Assembly (NCBI RefSeq): GCF_018398935.1
Contig: NZ_CP074694.1
Coordinates: 6,210,001-6,242,000 of the forward strand
Length of the DNA stretch: 32,000 bases
From: Telmatocola sphagniphila
GTDB lineage: Bacteria > Planctomycetota > Planctomycetia > Gemmatales > Gemmataceae
Reading direction: 5' to 3'
This document shows positions 19,715-28,453 of the stretch, in pieces (within the stretch, counting starts at the first letter, position 1; each line of letters starts with the position of its first letter). A program made the translations under genes and the position numbers. The notes under the pieces are model-generated. The model did not search any database, was not told the origin of the DNA, and saw nothing but the letters and a program-made list of their open reading frames with translations.

Positions 19715-20509
19715 ATGCGTTGTTCCCTTCGAGGTTTGTTCGGATCGCTGCTGCTGGCAGGCCTGTTCGCCAGTGTTTACACAACCGGCACTTTGTTCGC
19801 CCAGGCCGCAGCCCAGAAAGACGACAAGAAGCCGACAGAAGCCAAGAAAAGTCTGAATGATACTCCTCCCGACCAACCCTACAACCGGGATGTCGACAGG
19901 CACAAAAAGTTTCTGGAAATCGCCAAGAAGGGGAATGTCGATGTCCTGTTCATCGGCGATTCCATTACGCAGGGCTGGGAAGGCAATGGCAAAGAAGTCT
20001 GGAAAAAATACTTCGAACCGATGAAAGCGGCGAATTTCGGCATCGGCGGCGATCGTACTCAGCACGTTCTCTGGCGGATTACCGAAGGCAAAGAACTGGA
20101 AGGGATCAATCCCAAGGTGGCTGTGATGATGATCGGCACGAACAACACGGGGAACAATACCGCCGAAGACATTGCGAAGGGGGTCGGGGCGATTCTCAAA
20201 GAATTCAAGAAGCAGAAACCGGAGATGAAGGTGCTGCTTCTCGCCGTCTTCCCACGCGGCAGTGCGGCCAAGGAAGACAAAGTTTCTCCGAAAGAAAAGC
20301 TGAACAAGAAGATTCCGCAAATTAACGAACTGATCAAGAAGTACGCCGACGATAAAACTGTTTTCTACAAGGACATCGGCGACAAATTCCTGAACGCCGA
20401 AGGGGGCTTGCCTAGGGAAATCATGCCCGATCTGTTGCACCTCTCGCCCAAGGGATATGAAATCTGGGCGGAGGCGATTAAGCCGGATGTTCAGAAATTG
20501 ATGAAATAA
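19715..20509 (+). CDS. Secreted SGNH/GDSL hydrolase (PAF-acetylhydrolase Ib-like esterase)
   Basis: The signal peptide is MRCSLRGLFGSLLLAGLFASV...AQA. The SGNH blocks are present: FIGDSITQGW (I), GIGGDRT (II), MIGTNN (III) and DLLHLSPKG (V, DxxH). Confidence 0.85.
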   Translation: MRCSLRGLFGSLLLAGLFASVYTTGTLFAQAAAQKDDKKPTEAKKSLNDTPPDQPYNRDVDRHKKFLEIAKKGNVDVLFIGDSITQGWEGNGKEVWKKYFEPMKAANFGIGGDRTQHVLWRITEGKELEGINPKVAVMMIGTNNTGNNTAEDIAKGVGAILKEFKKQKPEMKVLLLAVFPRGSAAKEDKVSPKEKLNKKIPQINELIKKYADDKTVFYKDIGDKFLNAEGGLPREIMPDLLHLSPKGYEIWAEAIKPDVQKLMK

Positions 20510-20522
20510 CGAGATGGAAAAT

Positions 20523-20552
20523 GAGAAGGGGTCCCGAATGGGACCCCTTCTC
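20523..20552. terminator. Strong hairpin between convergent genes (candidate bidirectional terminator)
   Basis: Perfect 13-bp stem GAGAAGGGGTCCC (20523-20535) / GGGACCCCTTCTC (20540-20552) with a GAAT loop. It lies 14 nt after the SGNH stop and 5 nt after the stop of the 1338-aa gene. The flanking T-runs are weak. Confidence 0.6.
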
Positions 20553-20556
20553 GGTC

Positions 20557-23500
20557 TTACTTCAGCACTTCCAGTTTTATGTCTTTGAAGCGCACTTCCA
20601 TTTTGCCGCCCGAATGAATCTGCAGACCGAAGATACCCTTCTTAGAAACCTTATCGTCCTCCAGATCCACGCATAAGTGGCCGTTGATCCAGGTCTTGAT
20701 CTTGCTCCCTTTGGCTTCGACGATGTATTCGTTCCAGTCATCGACTTTCACGAATTTCTCGCCGCCTTCTTTCCAGATCAGCCCGCGGGCGCTTTCCTCA
20801 TAAAGCTTGCCCCACCACCCAGCACCAACATCGGCTTGGGGGCCGCGCATTTCGCCGTCGGGCAAGAGTTCACTTCGGAACTGGATGCCACTATTTTCCT
20901 TGTTCGGCGTCAGCTTCACTTTGACGCTCAATCGGAAATCGTCGCAGACCATCTGGCTAGTCAGGAAGTTATTCCTCTTCAATCCCTCCGTGCTGCCCAC
21001 GATCTCGCCATTTTCCACCCGCCACAGTTTCGAGTCACCTTCCCAGTTGGTCAGGTCCTTGCCGTTGAAGAAATCCTTGGCGTTCTCCACGGTGGCCAGC
21101 ATCTTCGTCTGCGAGGGATTCTGCAAATAGCTGATTAACGATCGAACTTCGGTTTCTGTCAACGGTTTCAACAGATCTTCCGGCATCATCGAAGTGGCGC
21201 TCGTCTTGCGATTGTCGATCTCATCGACGGGAATCGTCAGAATTTCATTGGCCGTCTGTACAGTCAGAGCGGTCTTGGTTTCGGCCTTGATAATCCCCGT
21301 CACCGATCGGCCGCTACTGAGATTGATCACGGAAGCGGCGTATTCCTTGGGAATGACCGCGCTCGGATCGAGAATATTCTCCAACAGATAGTTCAAATCG
21401 CGACGGTTGGCCCCGGTGATATCCGGCCCAACCTTGCCTCCCAACCCGTAGAGTGTGTGACATTGAGCGCAAACTTTGCTAAACACAGCCCGACCCAGTG
21501 GCAGATCGACCGGACCCGTGGTTCCGATCAGTTTGTCGCGGAGTAACTTGATCGCGCGGAGTCTCTCTGCCGGAGAGGTGCGAACGATTCCCCAGACCTC
21601 AGCGATTTTCTTTTCGATTTCCGGAGAGTTCAAATTCCGGAGATTTCGCACGACTTCCGCCGGAACATCATTGGCGGGGAGGGTCTTAGTCTCGATGGCT
21701 CCCAGCAGGGCCAGGGCATAGGAACCGCGCGAAGCGAGCGTATTCACCGCATCCCGCTTCGAAGCTGAGGGCAGCCCCGGATAAACTTTGAGTAAAACGG
21801 CAGGAGTCTTGGCATCATCGAACGAAGCCAGGCCGCGAATTGCCGCCGCGCCGATCTGCGAATCGGTCACCATTTCCTGAAGAACCGGCGGCAGATTTTT
21901 ATCGCGAACGGCTAGTAGAGTGTCCATTGCTTCCAAGCGTCTTCGGACCAAATCACGCGGATTCCCCACGATCTCGCGCAGCCGTCCGAAGGCCGAGGCA
22001 TCACCAAACTGAACATCCAGCGCAAATCGCACATCGGCCAACGCGCGACTGTCGCTCTTACTTAATTTTTTGGAAAGCTCCGCCCAGTTGCTTGGCGGCG
22101 TCACCTGTCGCCGTCCTTTCAATCCTTCCTGGACTGCACGCAACAGCGTGATCTGCAATTCGGGCTTATCGGCCTTGGCGATCTCGGCGGTCACCACTTC
22201 GAGTGCTTCAGGTGTAGCCATCGAAGAGATTCGGCGAATCATGAACTGCTGCAGAAGCGGGATTTTCCCGGCCATAACCAGTTCGAGAGCATTGGCGGGT
22301 CCCAGATCGGCCAACGGTTCGATTCCATACCAGATCAACAGGGGCAGATTGGCATCGACAGCGTTTTCGGGGGCACTCAGCAATGTCTTCGCCAGCGGCC
22401 AGCGGTCTTTTAGGGCTATTCGCTGCAGGGCGGAGGCGAGCGCCAGTCGTTCGACCGGAGAAGTGGACGCTGTGGTGGCGTAGCTCTCCAACGCGGACAG
22501 AACGGGCGGTAATACCTGTTTGTTTTCCACCGCCAACCGCACGGCCCAGGCCCGAACGTGCGGCGAAGGATCCTTCAGCAATTGGGCCGTGTCGAGGTGA
22601 TGCCCGATTCGATCCAGAGCCCAGATGCTATGCAGCCGTAAAACTTCATCCTTCGCGGTTGTGGCATTATTTTTCAATGCTTCGAGCGCGGTTGTTGAGA
22701 GCGGCTGAGTTAAAGAACGTTCCTGAAGAATTCGGCTCGCATGCCGGGTATACCAGACGTTCGGCGAAGCCAGTAACCTGACCAATTCCTCATCACTCAG
22801 TCTCTGCAGATCCAGATTAGTAACCGGTTTGGTTCCTTCGTAGCTGATCTTGTAGATGCGGCCGTTACTGCGGTCCCAGATTTCCGGCGACTGGTTATGG
22901 CAGGTCTGACGGTCATACCAGTCGATGAGGTAGGCGTTGCCATCCGGGCCGCTGAGAATGTTTACGAACATCGCATAGGTATCGTTGGCAAACAGGAAAT
23001 CGGGAGCCCGATCGGCGATGTATCCCGAACCTTTGGGAATGAGTTGATCGATATTCAGCCGATGTCCGTGCAGGTTGCCCATGAACATCTTACCTTCATA
23101 TTCCTTGGGCCAGAGTCCCCCCTGATAGATCATCGCTCCCGCGTGGGCATGGCCGCCGCCTGCGCTGTCGCTGCTGGCCCGGTCATTGTTATTCCACTGG
23201 TTGCCCACCCAGTGACGGTGCACGGCAATCGTCGGAATATCGGCATAGGTGTAGGGGTTAAAATGCTGGCCGGCCTGGCGGAAAAAGCGGCCGCCTTGAA
23301 TCAGGTGCCAGTTATGCGGAATCACGCAGGCTTCGCAGAAGAATTCGCCGTATTTGTCGAAGTCCAGGCCCCAGGGATTCGAGGTTCCTTCGGCAAAGAC
23401 TTCAAAGATTTTCTTGGTCGGGTGAAAACGCCAGATCCCGGCATTGAGCGGGACGCGATCTTTCTCTGGAGTCCCCGGCTTGCCGACTCGGCTGTGCGTG

Positions 23501-24573
23501 AAGACGCCATGACAGCCGTACAGCCAGCCATCTGGCCCCCAGACGAAAGTATTCAAGGTCTCGTGAGTATCCTCGTAGCCCCAGCCGTCCAGCAGAACCT
23601 GCGGTGGACCGGCCGGTTTGTCTTCGCCCGGCTTGATCGGGATGTAGAGCATTTGCGGGGCGGCGCCAATATAGAGGCCGCCAAAACCGTAGGCGATGCC
23701 GCTCACCAGATTCAGACCTTCTATGAACACGGTCCGTTTGTCGAACTTACCGGTACCAGTAGTGTCTTCAAAAATCACAACCCGATCTTTGCCTTTTCCT
23801 TCCGGCTGACGTTGCGGATAAGAGTAAGCCTCCACCACCCAGAGTCGGCCGCGATCGTCGAAGCAGAAAGCAATCGGCTGCTTGACATCCGGTTCGCCCG
23901 CGAACAATGACACGGAAAATCCCTTGGGAACGGTCATCGCTTTCGCGGCCGCTTCGGGGGCCAGGCCTGCATACTTGTAGATATCGCTCGGTAGCAATTT
24001 CGAAGACTTGGCCGGTAGTTTCGGTTCTTCGGTATGAAACCGAAAATCGTCGAAATTGATGTGCCCCCAGCCGCCAGAATCGCGATCGACCAAGCGGATG
24101 AAGATCTCTTTGTCCTTCAACGGTCGAAGGTCGACGGCCACCCGTCGCATATTTTCGGTTTCTGTGCCACTCGCTCGGAAAAAGACGATCTTGTTATCGG
24201 CCTGGACGATTTCCACGCAGGTGTTGTCTGAAGAGCCGCCACCCACCAGGAAGCTGGCCCAGGGGTGGGTGACCTTGAATGGGACACTGGTTAAGGTTCC
24301 CTGTACCGTATCGAGATACTTCTCATAGGTGCCGATCCAGAATTTGCCCTGATGCTCGCTCTTCATATCGGGCCGACGGGCGGCCACAGTATCGCCTTGA
24401 ATTGGCTGGCCCTTAAAGGCCTCGCCGGTGGCCGTCCAATCTTTCAGGGTGCCGGTTTCGAAATCGAGATTCAAGGGTTTGCCGTCTTTACCCAGCGGCA
24501 GAACCCCCTCCGGTGGTTCCGCGGCCAGAGCGGGCGAAACCAAAAGCAGACAACAGATGAAAATTCGGAACAT
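20557..24573 (-). CDS. PVC-type multidomain heme-binding protein: lectin-like jelly roll, membrane-bound-dehydrogenase-like beta-propeller, HEAT repeats, cytochrome c (CxxCH) and DUF1080
   Basis: 1338 aa with signal peptide MFRIFICCLLLVSPALA. An N-terminal concanavalin-like module is present (FLVGGG..GWGHINFDDFRF). The propeller region GFSVSLFAGEPDVKQPIAFCFDDRGRLWVVE is typical of the Pirellula/Verrucomicrobium N-terminal dehydrogenase domain. HEAT-like repeats are present (DPSPHVRAWAVRLA). There is a single heme site, CAQCH. The C-terminal DUF1080 reads FNGKDLTNWEG...GLQIHSGGKMEVRFKDIKL. Confidence 0.85.
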   Translation of the reverse strand: MFRIFICCLLLVSPALAAEPPEGVLPLGKDGKPLNLDFETGTLKDWTATGEAFKGQPIQGDTVAARRPDMKSEHQGKFWIGTYEKYLDTVQGTLTSVPFKVTHPWASFLVGGGSSDNTCVEIVQADNKIVFFRASGTETENMRRVAVDLRPLKDKEIFIRLVDRDSGGWGHINFDDFRFHTEEPKLPAKSSKLLPSDIYKYAGLAPEAAAKAMTVPKGFSVSLFAGEPDVKQPIAFCFDDRGRLWVVEAYSYPQRQPEGKGKDRVVIFEDTTGTGKFDKRTVFIEGLNLVSGIAYGFGGLYIGAAPQMLYIPIKPGEDKPAGPPQVLLDGWGYEDTHETLNTFVWGPDGWLYGCHGVFTHSRVGKPGTPEKDRVPLNAGIWRFHPTKKIFEVFAEGTSNPWGLDFDKYGEFFCEACVIPHNWHLIQGGRFFRQAGQHFNPYTYADIPTIAVHRHWVGNQWNNNDRASSDSAGGGHAHAGAMIYQGGLWPKEYEGKMFMGNLHGHRLNIDQLIPKGSGYIADRAPDFLFANDTYAMFVNILSGPDGNAYLIDWYDRQTCHNQSPEIWDRSNGRIYKISYEGTKPVTNLDLQRLSDEELVRLLASPNVWYTRHASRILQERSLTQPLSTTALEALKNNATTAKDEVLRLHSIWALDRIGHHLDTAQLLKDPSPHVRAWAVRLAVENKQVLPPVLSALESYATTASTSPVERLALASALQRIALKDRWPLAKTLLSAPENAVDANLPLLIWYGIEPLADLGPANALELVMAGKIPLLQQFMIRRISSMATPEALEVVTAEIAKADKPELQITLLRAVQEGLKGRRQVTPPSNWAELSKKLSKSDSRALADVRFALDVQFGDASAFGRLREIVGNPRDLVRRRLEAMDTLLAVRDKNLPPVLQEMVTDSQIGAAAIRGLASFDDAKTPAVLLKVYPGLPSASKRDAVNTLASRGSYALALLGAIETKTLPANDVPAEVVRNLRNLNSPEIEKKIAEVWGIVRTSPAERLRAIKLLRDKLIGTTGPVDLPLGRAVFSKVCAQCHTLYGLGGKVGPDITGANRRDLNYLLENILDPSAVIPKEYAASVINLSSGRSVTGIIKAETKTALTVQTANEILTIPVDEIDNRKTSATSMMPEDLLKPLTETEVRSLISYLQNPSQTKMLATVENAKDFFNGKDLTNWEGDSKLWRVENGEIVGSTEGLKRNNFLTSQMVCDDFRLSVKVKLTPNKENSGIQFRSELLPDGEMRGPQADVGAGWWGKLYEESARGLIWKEGGEKFVKVDDWNEYIVEAKGSKIKTWINGHLCVDLEDDKVSKKGIFGLQIHSGGKMEVRFKDIKLEVLK

Positions 24574-24686
24574 GGAGAGTCTTCTCTTGGCGAGGAAAAT
24601 TCTGGCAGGAGATTGATATTGAAGTTTATCTGGCGATTGAAGGCAATAGAAAACTACCGGCTCTAGGAGGCGAACGAAGAAAATTT

Positions 24687-26051
24687 TCAGCGGTGGCTGA
24701 TCTCGGGCACGGTCAGAAAGCCCCAGCTCAGGGCCTGATCCTGCGTGTAATTTTTGTTCAAGGTCATCGCCGTGACCATCTTGGCCATTTCGTAACCCAG
24801 ATAAAAACTGTGCGATGCATCGAGTTTGGAATCTAACTTCATCATATCTTCGAAGATATCGAAGGGGTCTTTGCCGCGAAGATGCATTTTGCCATTGATC
24901 ACGTGAATCTCGCCTGCTTCCACAAATAGCCGGTAATTACTATCGGTAATCCGCTCAGCCAGATCGCGTAACCCCTCTTCCCCTAAATGATGCACTTTGG
25001 GATCGCGCAGCATCACCAATTGGTTTTCAATCCGTTTGGGCACGGTTTTATTCTTCACGGCATAGTGCATCAATCGTCGGGCGATATCGAATTCCTTGAC
25101 GCTGCTTCGCGACCAATTGATCACTTCCGTCGTTAATACACTTCGGATTCCCAGCTCCTGGCAGAACCCGGCGAGCATCACGTTCAGACCGGCCGAATCG
25201 ACGTCAGTTAACTCGGTGAGGTTGCCGATGCCCATCAGAATCTCGGCTTCGGGGTAACGCTGCCGCACCTGCAAGTACCGGCCGAGCGATTCGGCAAATC
25301 CCATCCCGATTGGTTCCAAAATGGGATCGATGCGAAATCGCTGATTCCATTTGTGCAACTTCTCGACCAAGGGGTATAGCGTAGGCAGATCTTTCGGGGA
25401 ATCGGGAAGCACGACTACTTCGAACGCGCCGAAGCGATCCTGCCAATCCCGAACCTTGTTCAAATTGCTGCTGTTAACGCTGAGAATGCACTCTGCACCC
25501 GCAGCGAGTCCCATCGCCACCTCGTCCGGATTGAACGAATCGATGCTGACCCGGAAGCCTTCCTCACGCAGCGCCTGCACAGCGATTTCCAGTTCCATCC
25601 AAGTACTGCCGGGGTCGCAGCCTACGTCGATGAGATCGGCCCCCGAATCGCGATACTGCCGGGCGAGCTGCAAAATCTTCTCCAGCGGCAATCGAGAGGC
25701 ATGATTAATTTCCGCTAAAATTTCTATGTCGTACACGCCGTAGTTTTCGCGAGGCGGTTTTCCCAGTCCGAAATGTTCGGGCAAATCGCGCAGATCCTTC
25801 GGACCTCGTTCGGTCGGTTGCGGCCAGGGAAAATTCATTTCTCCCGTGCATAGCCCCGGAAGAATCACCTGGTCGATACGCTCTGGAATTTTCAGGTGCG
25901 AGGAAATCCAGGGAGTAGTGAGTAGGGCGGCGACTGTGATGGGCAGGACGGCGACTTCCGCTTCAATCTTCGCCCGGGGCACCAGATCGGCCAGCACCTG
26001 CCGAAGGGCGGGCTCGGCCAGTTTTCCGGTGACGAAGAGATAACGGCTCAC
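24687..26051 (-). CDS. Dihydropteroate synthase-like pterin-binding protein with an N-terminal extra domain (archaeal/H4MPT-type DHPS-like)
   Basis: The GTG start at 26051 overlaps the upstream stop (GTGA). The pterin-binding TIM-barrel pattern is present: SGADLIDVGCDPG, RVSIDSFNPDE, ILSVNSS, IDPILEPIGMGF and MGIGNLTELT. The roughly 130-aa N-terminal domain is unlike bacterial FolP. Confidence 0.65.
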   Translation of the reverse strand: MSRYLFVTGKLAEPALRQVLADLVPRAKIEAEVAVLPITVAALLTTPWISSHLKIPERIDQVILPGLCTGEMNFPWPQPTERGPKDLRDLPEHFGLGKPPRENYGVYDIEILAEINHASRLPLEKILQLARQYRDSGADLIDVGCDPGSTWMELEIAVQALREEGFRVSIDSFNPDEVAMGLAAGAECILSVNSSNLNKVRDWQDRFGAFEVVVLPDSPKDLPTLYPLVEKLHKWNQRFRIDPILEPIGMGFAESLGRYLQVRQRYPEAEILMGIGNLTELTDVDSAGLNVMLAGFCQELGIRSVLTTEVINWSRSSVKEFDIARRLMHYAVKNKTVPKRIENQLVMLRDPKVHHLGEEGLRDLAERITDSNYRLFVEAGEIHVINGKMHLRGKDPFDIFEDMMKLDSKLDASHSFYLGYEMAKMVTAMTLNKNYTQDQALSWGFLTVPEISHR

Positions 26052-27907
26052 TTATAGGTCTCAGTTTCGAATTTTTGCCAGGCTCGCGACCAAAAGCATC
26101 GACTGAGGATTAGCATAATCGCGATATTCAAGAGTGGCGCGAGGAGCATAAGGGGGTTTGACAGAAATGACTGCTGGCCGTAGTAGTTGTAATAATTTTC
26201 TCCTTGGGTCTGAAATGACAGCCGATCCCAGGTAAGTATGGGAGAGGAGGCCACAAGAATTTCATTAGCGACTGGTTTATCGATGATTCCAAACACTAAT
26301 TGATTTTGTTGTCGATTGAACTCCCAGGGTCTGGAAGGGTTAAAAGTGGTATCCAACTCCCAGGCTTGTCGAATTGTGTAAGTCAGGAGATAATTTCCTC
26401 CGAAACCCACCATCATAATCAAAAACCAGAACGCAGAGGCTCGCTGTACGCTTTTGCACCGAATCGAAAGCCATACTCCGACGCTGATGGCGACCGAACA
26501 CCAGGCCCAGGCGAGAAGACAGAGGCCGGGTAAGGTCAGGTAGGAAATCCCGTAACAAAGCATAGCCACGAAGAGCAGGGAAAGATAGCCGCCGAATGTG
26601 CTTTTTCCCTGCGCTAAGCTCCCCCACCACTTGGCTTTCAAGATATCCTTGCGATCCGTGGGGATCATCACCAGATCGACCAGCGTTTCCTTCTGCCTTT
26701 CGCGTGCGATACTCGCGCAGGCCGCCATACCCGCGATCATCATGCCGAGAAACACAAATATCAAGCCGGCAATCTTGGTGATTGCGGGCGTGGAGTTGGA
26801 AATATCATTACTGAAACCGGTAATCAGTACCATTCCCAGGGTGACAACAATCGCGATCCACATCCAGGTCGGTATGAGCGAAAATTGCTTGATGAAGCGG
26901 TTCTGCGATCCGGTAAAGTGTTTTTCCTTCCAGTAAAGTCCATCTTCCCCTTCTTTAATGACTGGCGGATCGGCCCAGTGGCGATGCTCCGGATTGGCTC
27001 GCTTTCGCTCGACGACCTTGCGCGGTCGTTCGATGAAGGCAAGTTTCCTCAGTTTGCGAGTGCTATCCCAAATGCAAACGATCGCGATGGCGAGATTGCT
27101 CAGCAGAAAAACGAGCAGAAAATTCCAGAACTCGGGAGGTTGATCTACTAACAGGTACGGCTTTACGGTCAAAATTTGCATGAAAGCGAGCCCCGACGCC
27201 GGGGGCAGCAAAGACCACGTCTCGTCGAAGGCGAAAGCTCCCACGAATTGCAGTAACGGAATTAGCATGTGAAATGCCACGATCAGAGCGTAGGACCACA
27301 GCACGCTTCGCACGAGGGAGGTGCACCGCAGTGTCATGTACAGGCTGGCCGTCGCCACACTGAACATGGAAACCAGAGCAATGCCGAAAGCCGCGATCAC
27401 CAGCGGGAAGTTCACGCCTCCCCACATTTGCAGAATTGAAATCACGGGAATGCAAACCAGCAGCACTGAAGCCAGTTGAATCAGCCGGGAACCGAGTTTG
27501 CCGACGATGATTTCCCAACTGCTGAGATCGGTTGAGAGTAGAAATTCCAATGTCTTGCGATCGCGCTCCTCCGCAATCGCCCCCGCTATATAAATGGGGG
27601 TCAGTAAAAAAATTAATCCGACTTCAAGGATCAGGAGATACTCATTGAACTTTCGGGAAATTGATTCCAGGATCTTGGTTGCAAAGCGGAACTCGTTCAA
27701 AGGCTGCAGCATTTTGCCGGAGATTATTTGTTGCTGTTGAATCCAGAATTGAAAAGCCGCAGCCGACGGATATTCGACGATGTAATAGACATACAGCGCC
27801 AGCAAAATGATTATGGCAACAATAGTCCGCAGGAGCGTGATATTGCCCCTCCGGCCAAGGCGTACAATTTCCCAGCCGAGAATCGGTCCAATCCAGTGTC
27901 GTTTCAT
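26048..27907 (-). CDS. Internally duplicated ABC-2 type permease-like membrane protein (about 12 TM), with no adjacent ATPase
   Basis: 619 aa. The N-terminus GPILGWEIVRLGRRGNITLLR is typical of ABC-2/NosY-like permeases. The family loop motif occurs twice, as IAEERDRKTLEFLLSTDLSSWEIIVGKL and IARERQKETLVDLVMIPTDRKDILKAKW. Confidence 0.7.
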   Translation of the reverse strand: MKRHWIGPILGWEIVRLGRRGNITLLRTIVAIIILLALYVYYIVEYPSAAAFQFWIQQQQIISGKMLQPLNEFRFATKILESISRKFNEYLLILEVGLIFLLTPIYIAGAIAEERDRKTLEFLLSTDLSSWEIIVGKLGSRLIQLASVLLVCIPVISILQMWGGVNFPLVIAAFGIALVSMFSVATASLYMTLRCTSLVRSVLWSYALIVAFHMLIPLLQFVGAFAFDETWSLLPPASGLAFMQILTVKPYLLVDQPPEFWNFLLVFLLSNLAIAIVCIWDSTRKLRKLAFIERPRKVVERKRANPEHRHWADPPVIKEGEDGLYWKEKHFTGSQNRFIKQFSLIPTWMWIAIVVTLGMVLITGFSNDISNSTPAITKIAGLIFVFLGMMIAGMAACASIARERQKETLVDLVMIPTDRKDILKAKWWGSLAQGKSTFGGYLSLLFVAMLCYGISYLTLPGLCLLAWAWCSVAISVGVWLSIRCKSVQRASAFWFLIMMVGFGGNYLLTYTIRQAWELDTTFNPSRPWEFNRQQNQLVFGIIDKPVANEILVASSPILTWDRLSFQTQGENYYNYYGQQSFLSNPLMLLAPLLNIAIMLILSRCFWSRAWQKFETETYK

Positions 27908-27927
27908 ATTACTGAGACGCTTTCCGC

Positions 27928-28404
27928 TCAGGCTAATTTCACAAGACCGGGTAACTTCGTGCCGAGAATTTTATCCGTCTCGGCTTGATAGACGATATGC
28001 AGGTTCCGCACCGGCTTTCCGGCTGCCGGTTTGGCCCATTCGGCAACGACTTCCTTCACTACTGTCTGGAAGTTTGTAAGCGCATCCTTAGGCGACTCCA
28101 GAAAACTGCCCGCTTCCAGCACCACCAAAATTACCGTCTCCGAGTGAATGTTCGGCAATTCCGACAAGCTGTCGTGGAAGGCATCCCAGTTTTCACCGAA
28201 GTGAGGGCCCAATTGTAATGCCGCGGCGGCTTCGTCGAAGAATCCCGCCCGATCAGCGCACTTACTTCCGCGGAGGAAGCGGACCGAGCAGTTATTCTTC
28301 GGATCGTGCCCCAATGCCCGGAGCGCGTCGTATGCATCGTTGGTGGCCAGTATAAGCAGGTGCTGATTCGGCTGACCCGGTTTGAGCAGAGATTGCAGTT
28401 TCAT
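27928..28404 (-). CDS. Barstar-like ribonuclease inhibitor
   Basis: I chose the ATG at 28404 (MKLQSLL...); the track start at 28509 would overlap the upstream gene. The barstar-type core GFFDEAAAALQLGPHFGENWDAFHDSLSEL compares with barstar [28 protein letters not shown]. It starts 49 nt downstream of the RNase-domain gene. Confidence 0.7.
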   Translation of the reverse strand: MKLQSLLKPGQPNQHLLILATNDAYDALRALGHDPKNNCSVRFLRGSKCADRAGFFDEAAAALQLGPHFGENWDAFHDSLSELPNIHSETVILVVLEAGSFLESPKDALTNFQTVVKEVVAEWAKPAAGKPVRNLHIVYQAETDKILGTKLPGLVKLA

Positions 28405-28453
28405 AGGAGTGCCTTGGTTTTTCGCTGCTTGGTATCTAATCCCAGTTATCGGA

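Noticed and set aside
22897-23910. A 337-aa plus-strand ORF inside the 1338-aa gene, with similar shadow ORFs at 6869..7483, 19589..20440, 17644..18129 and 30826..31659
   Set aside because: All lie antisense to genes with strong family motifs and show low-complexity composition. I treat them as non-coding shadow frames.
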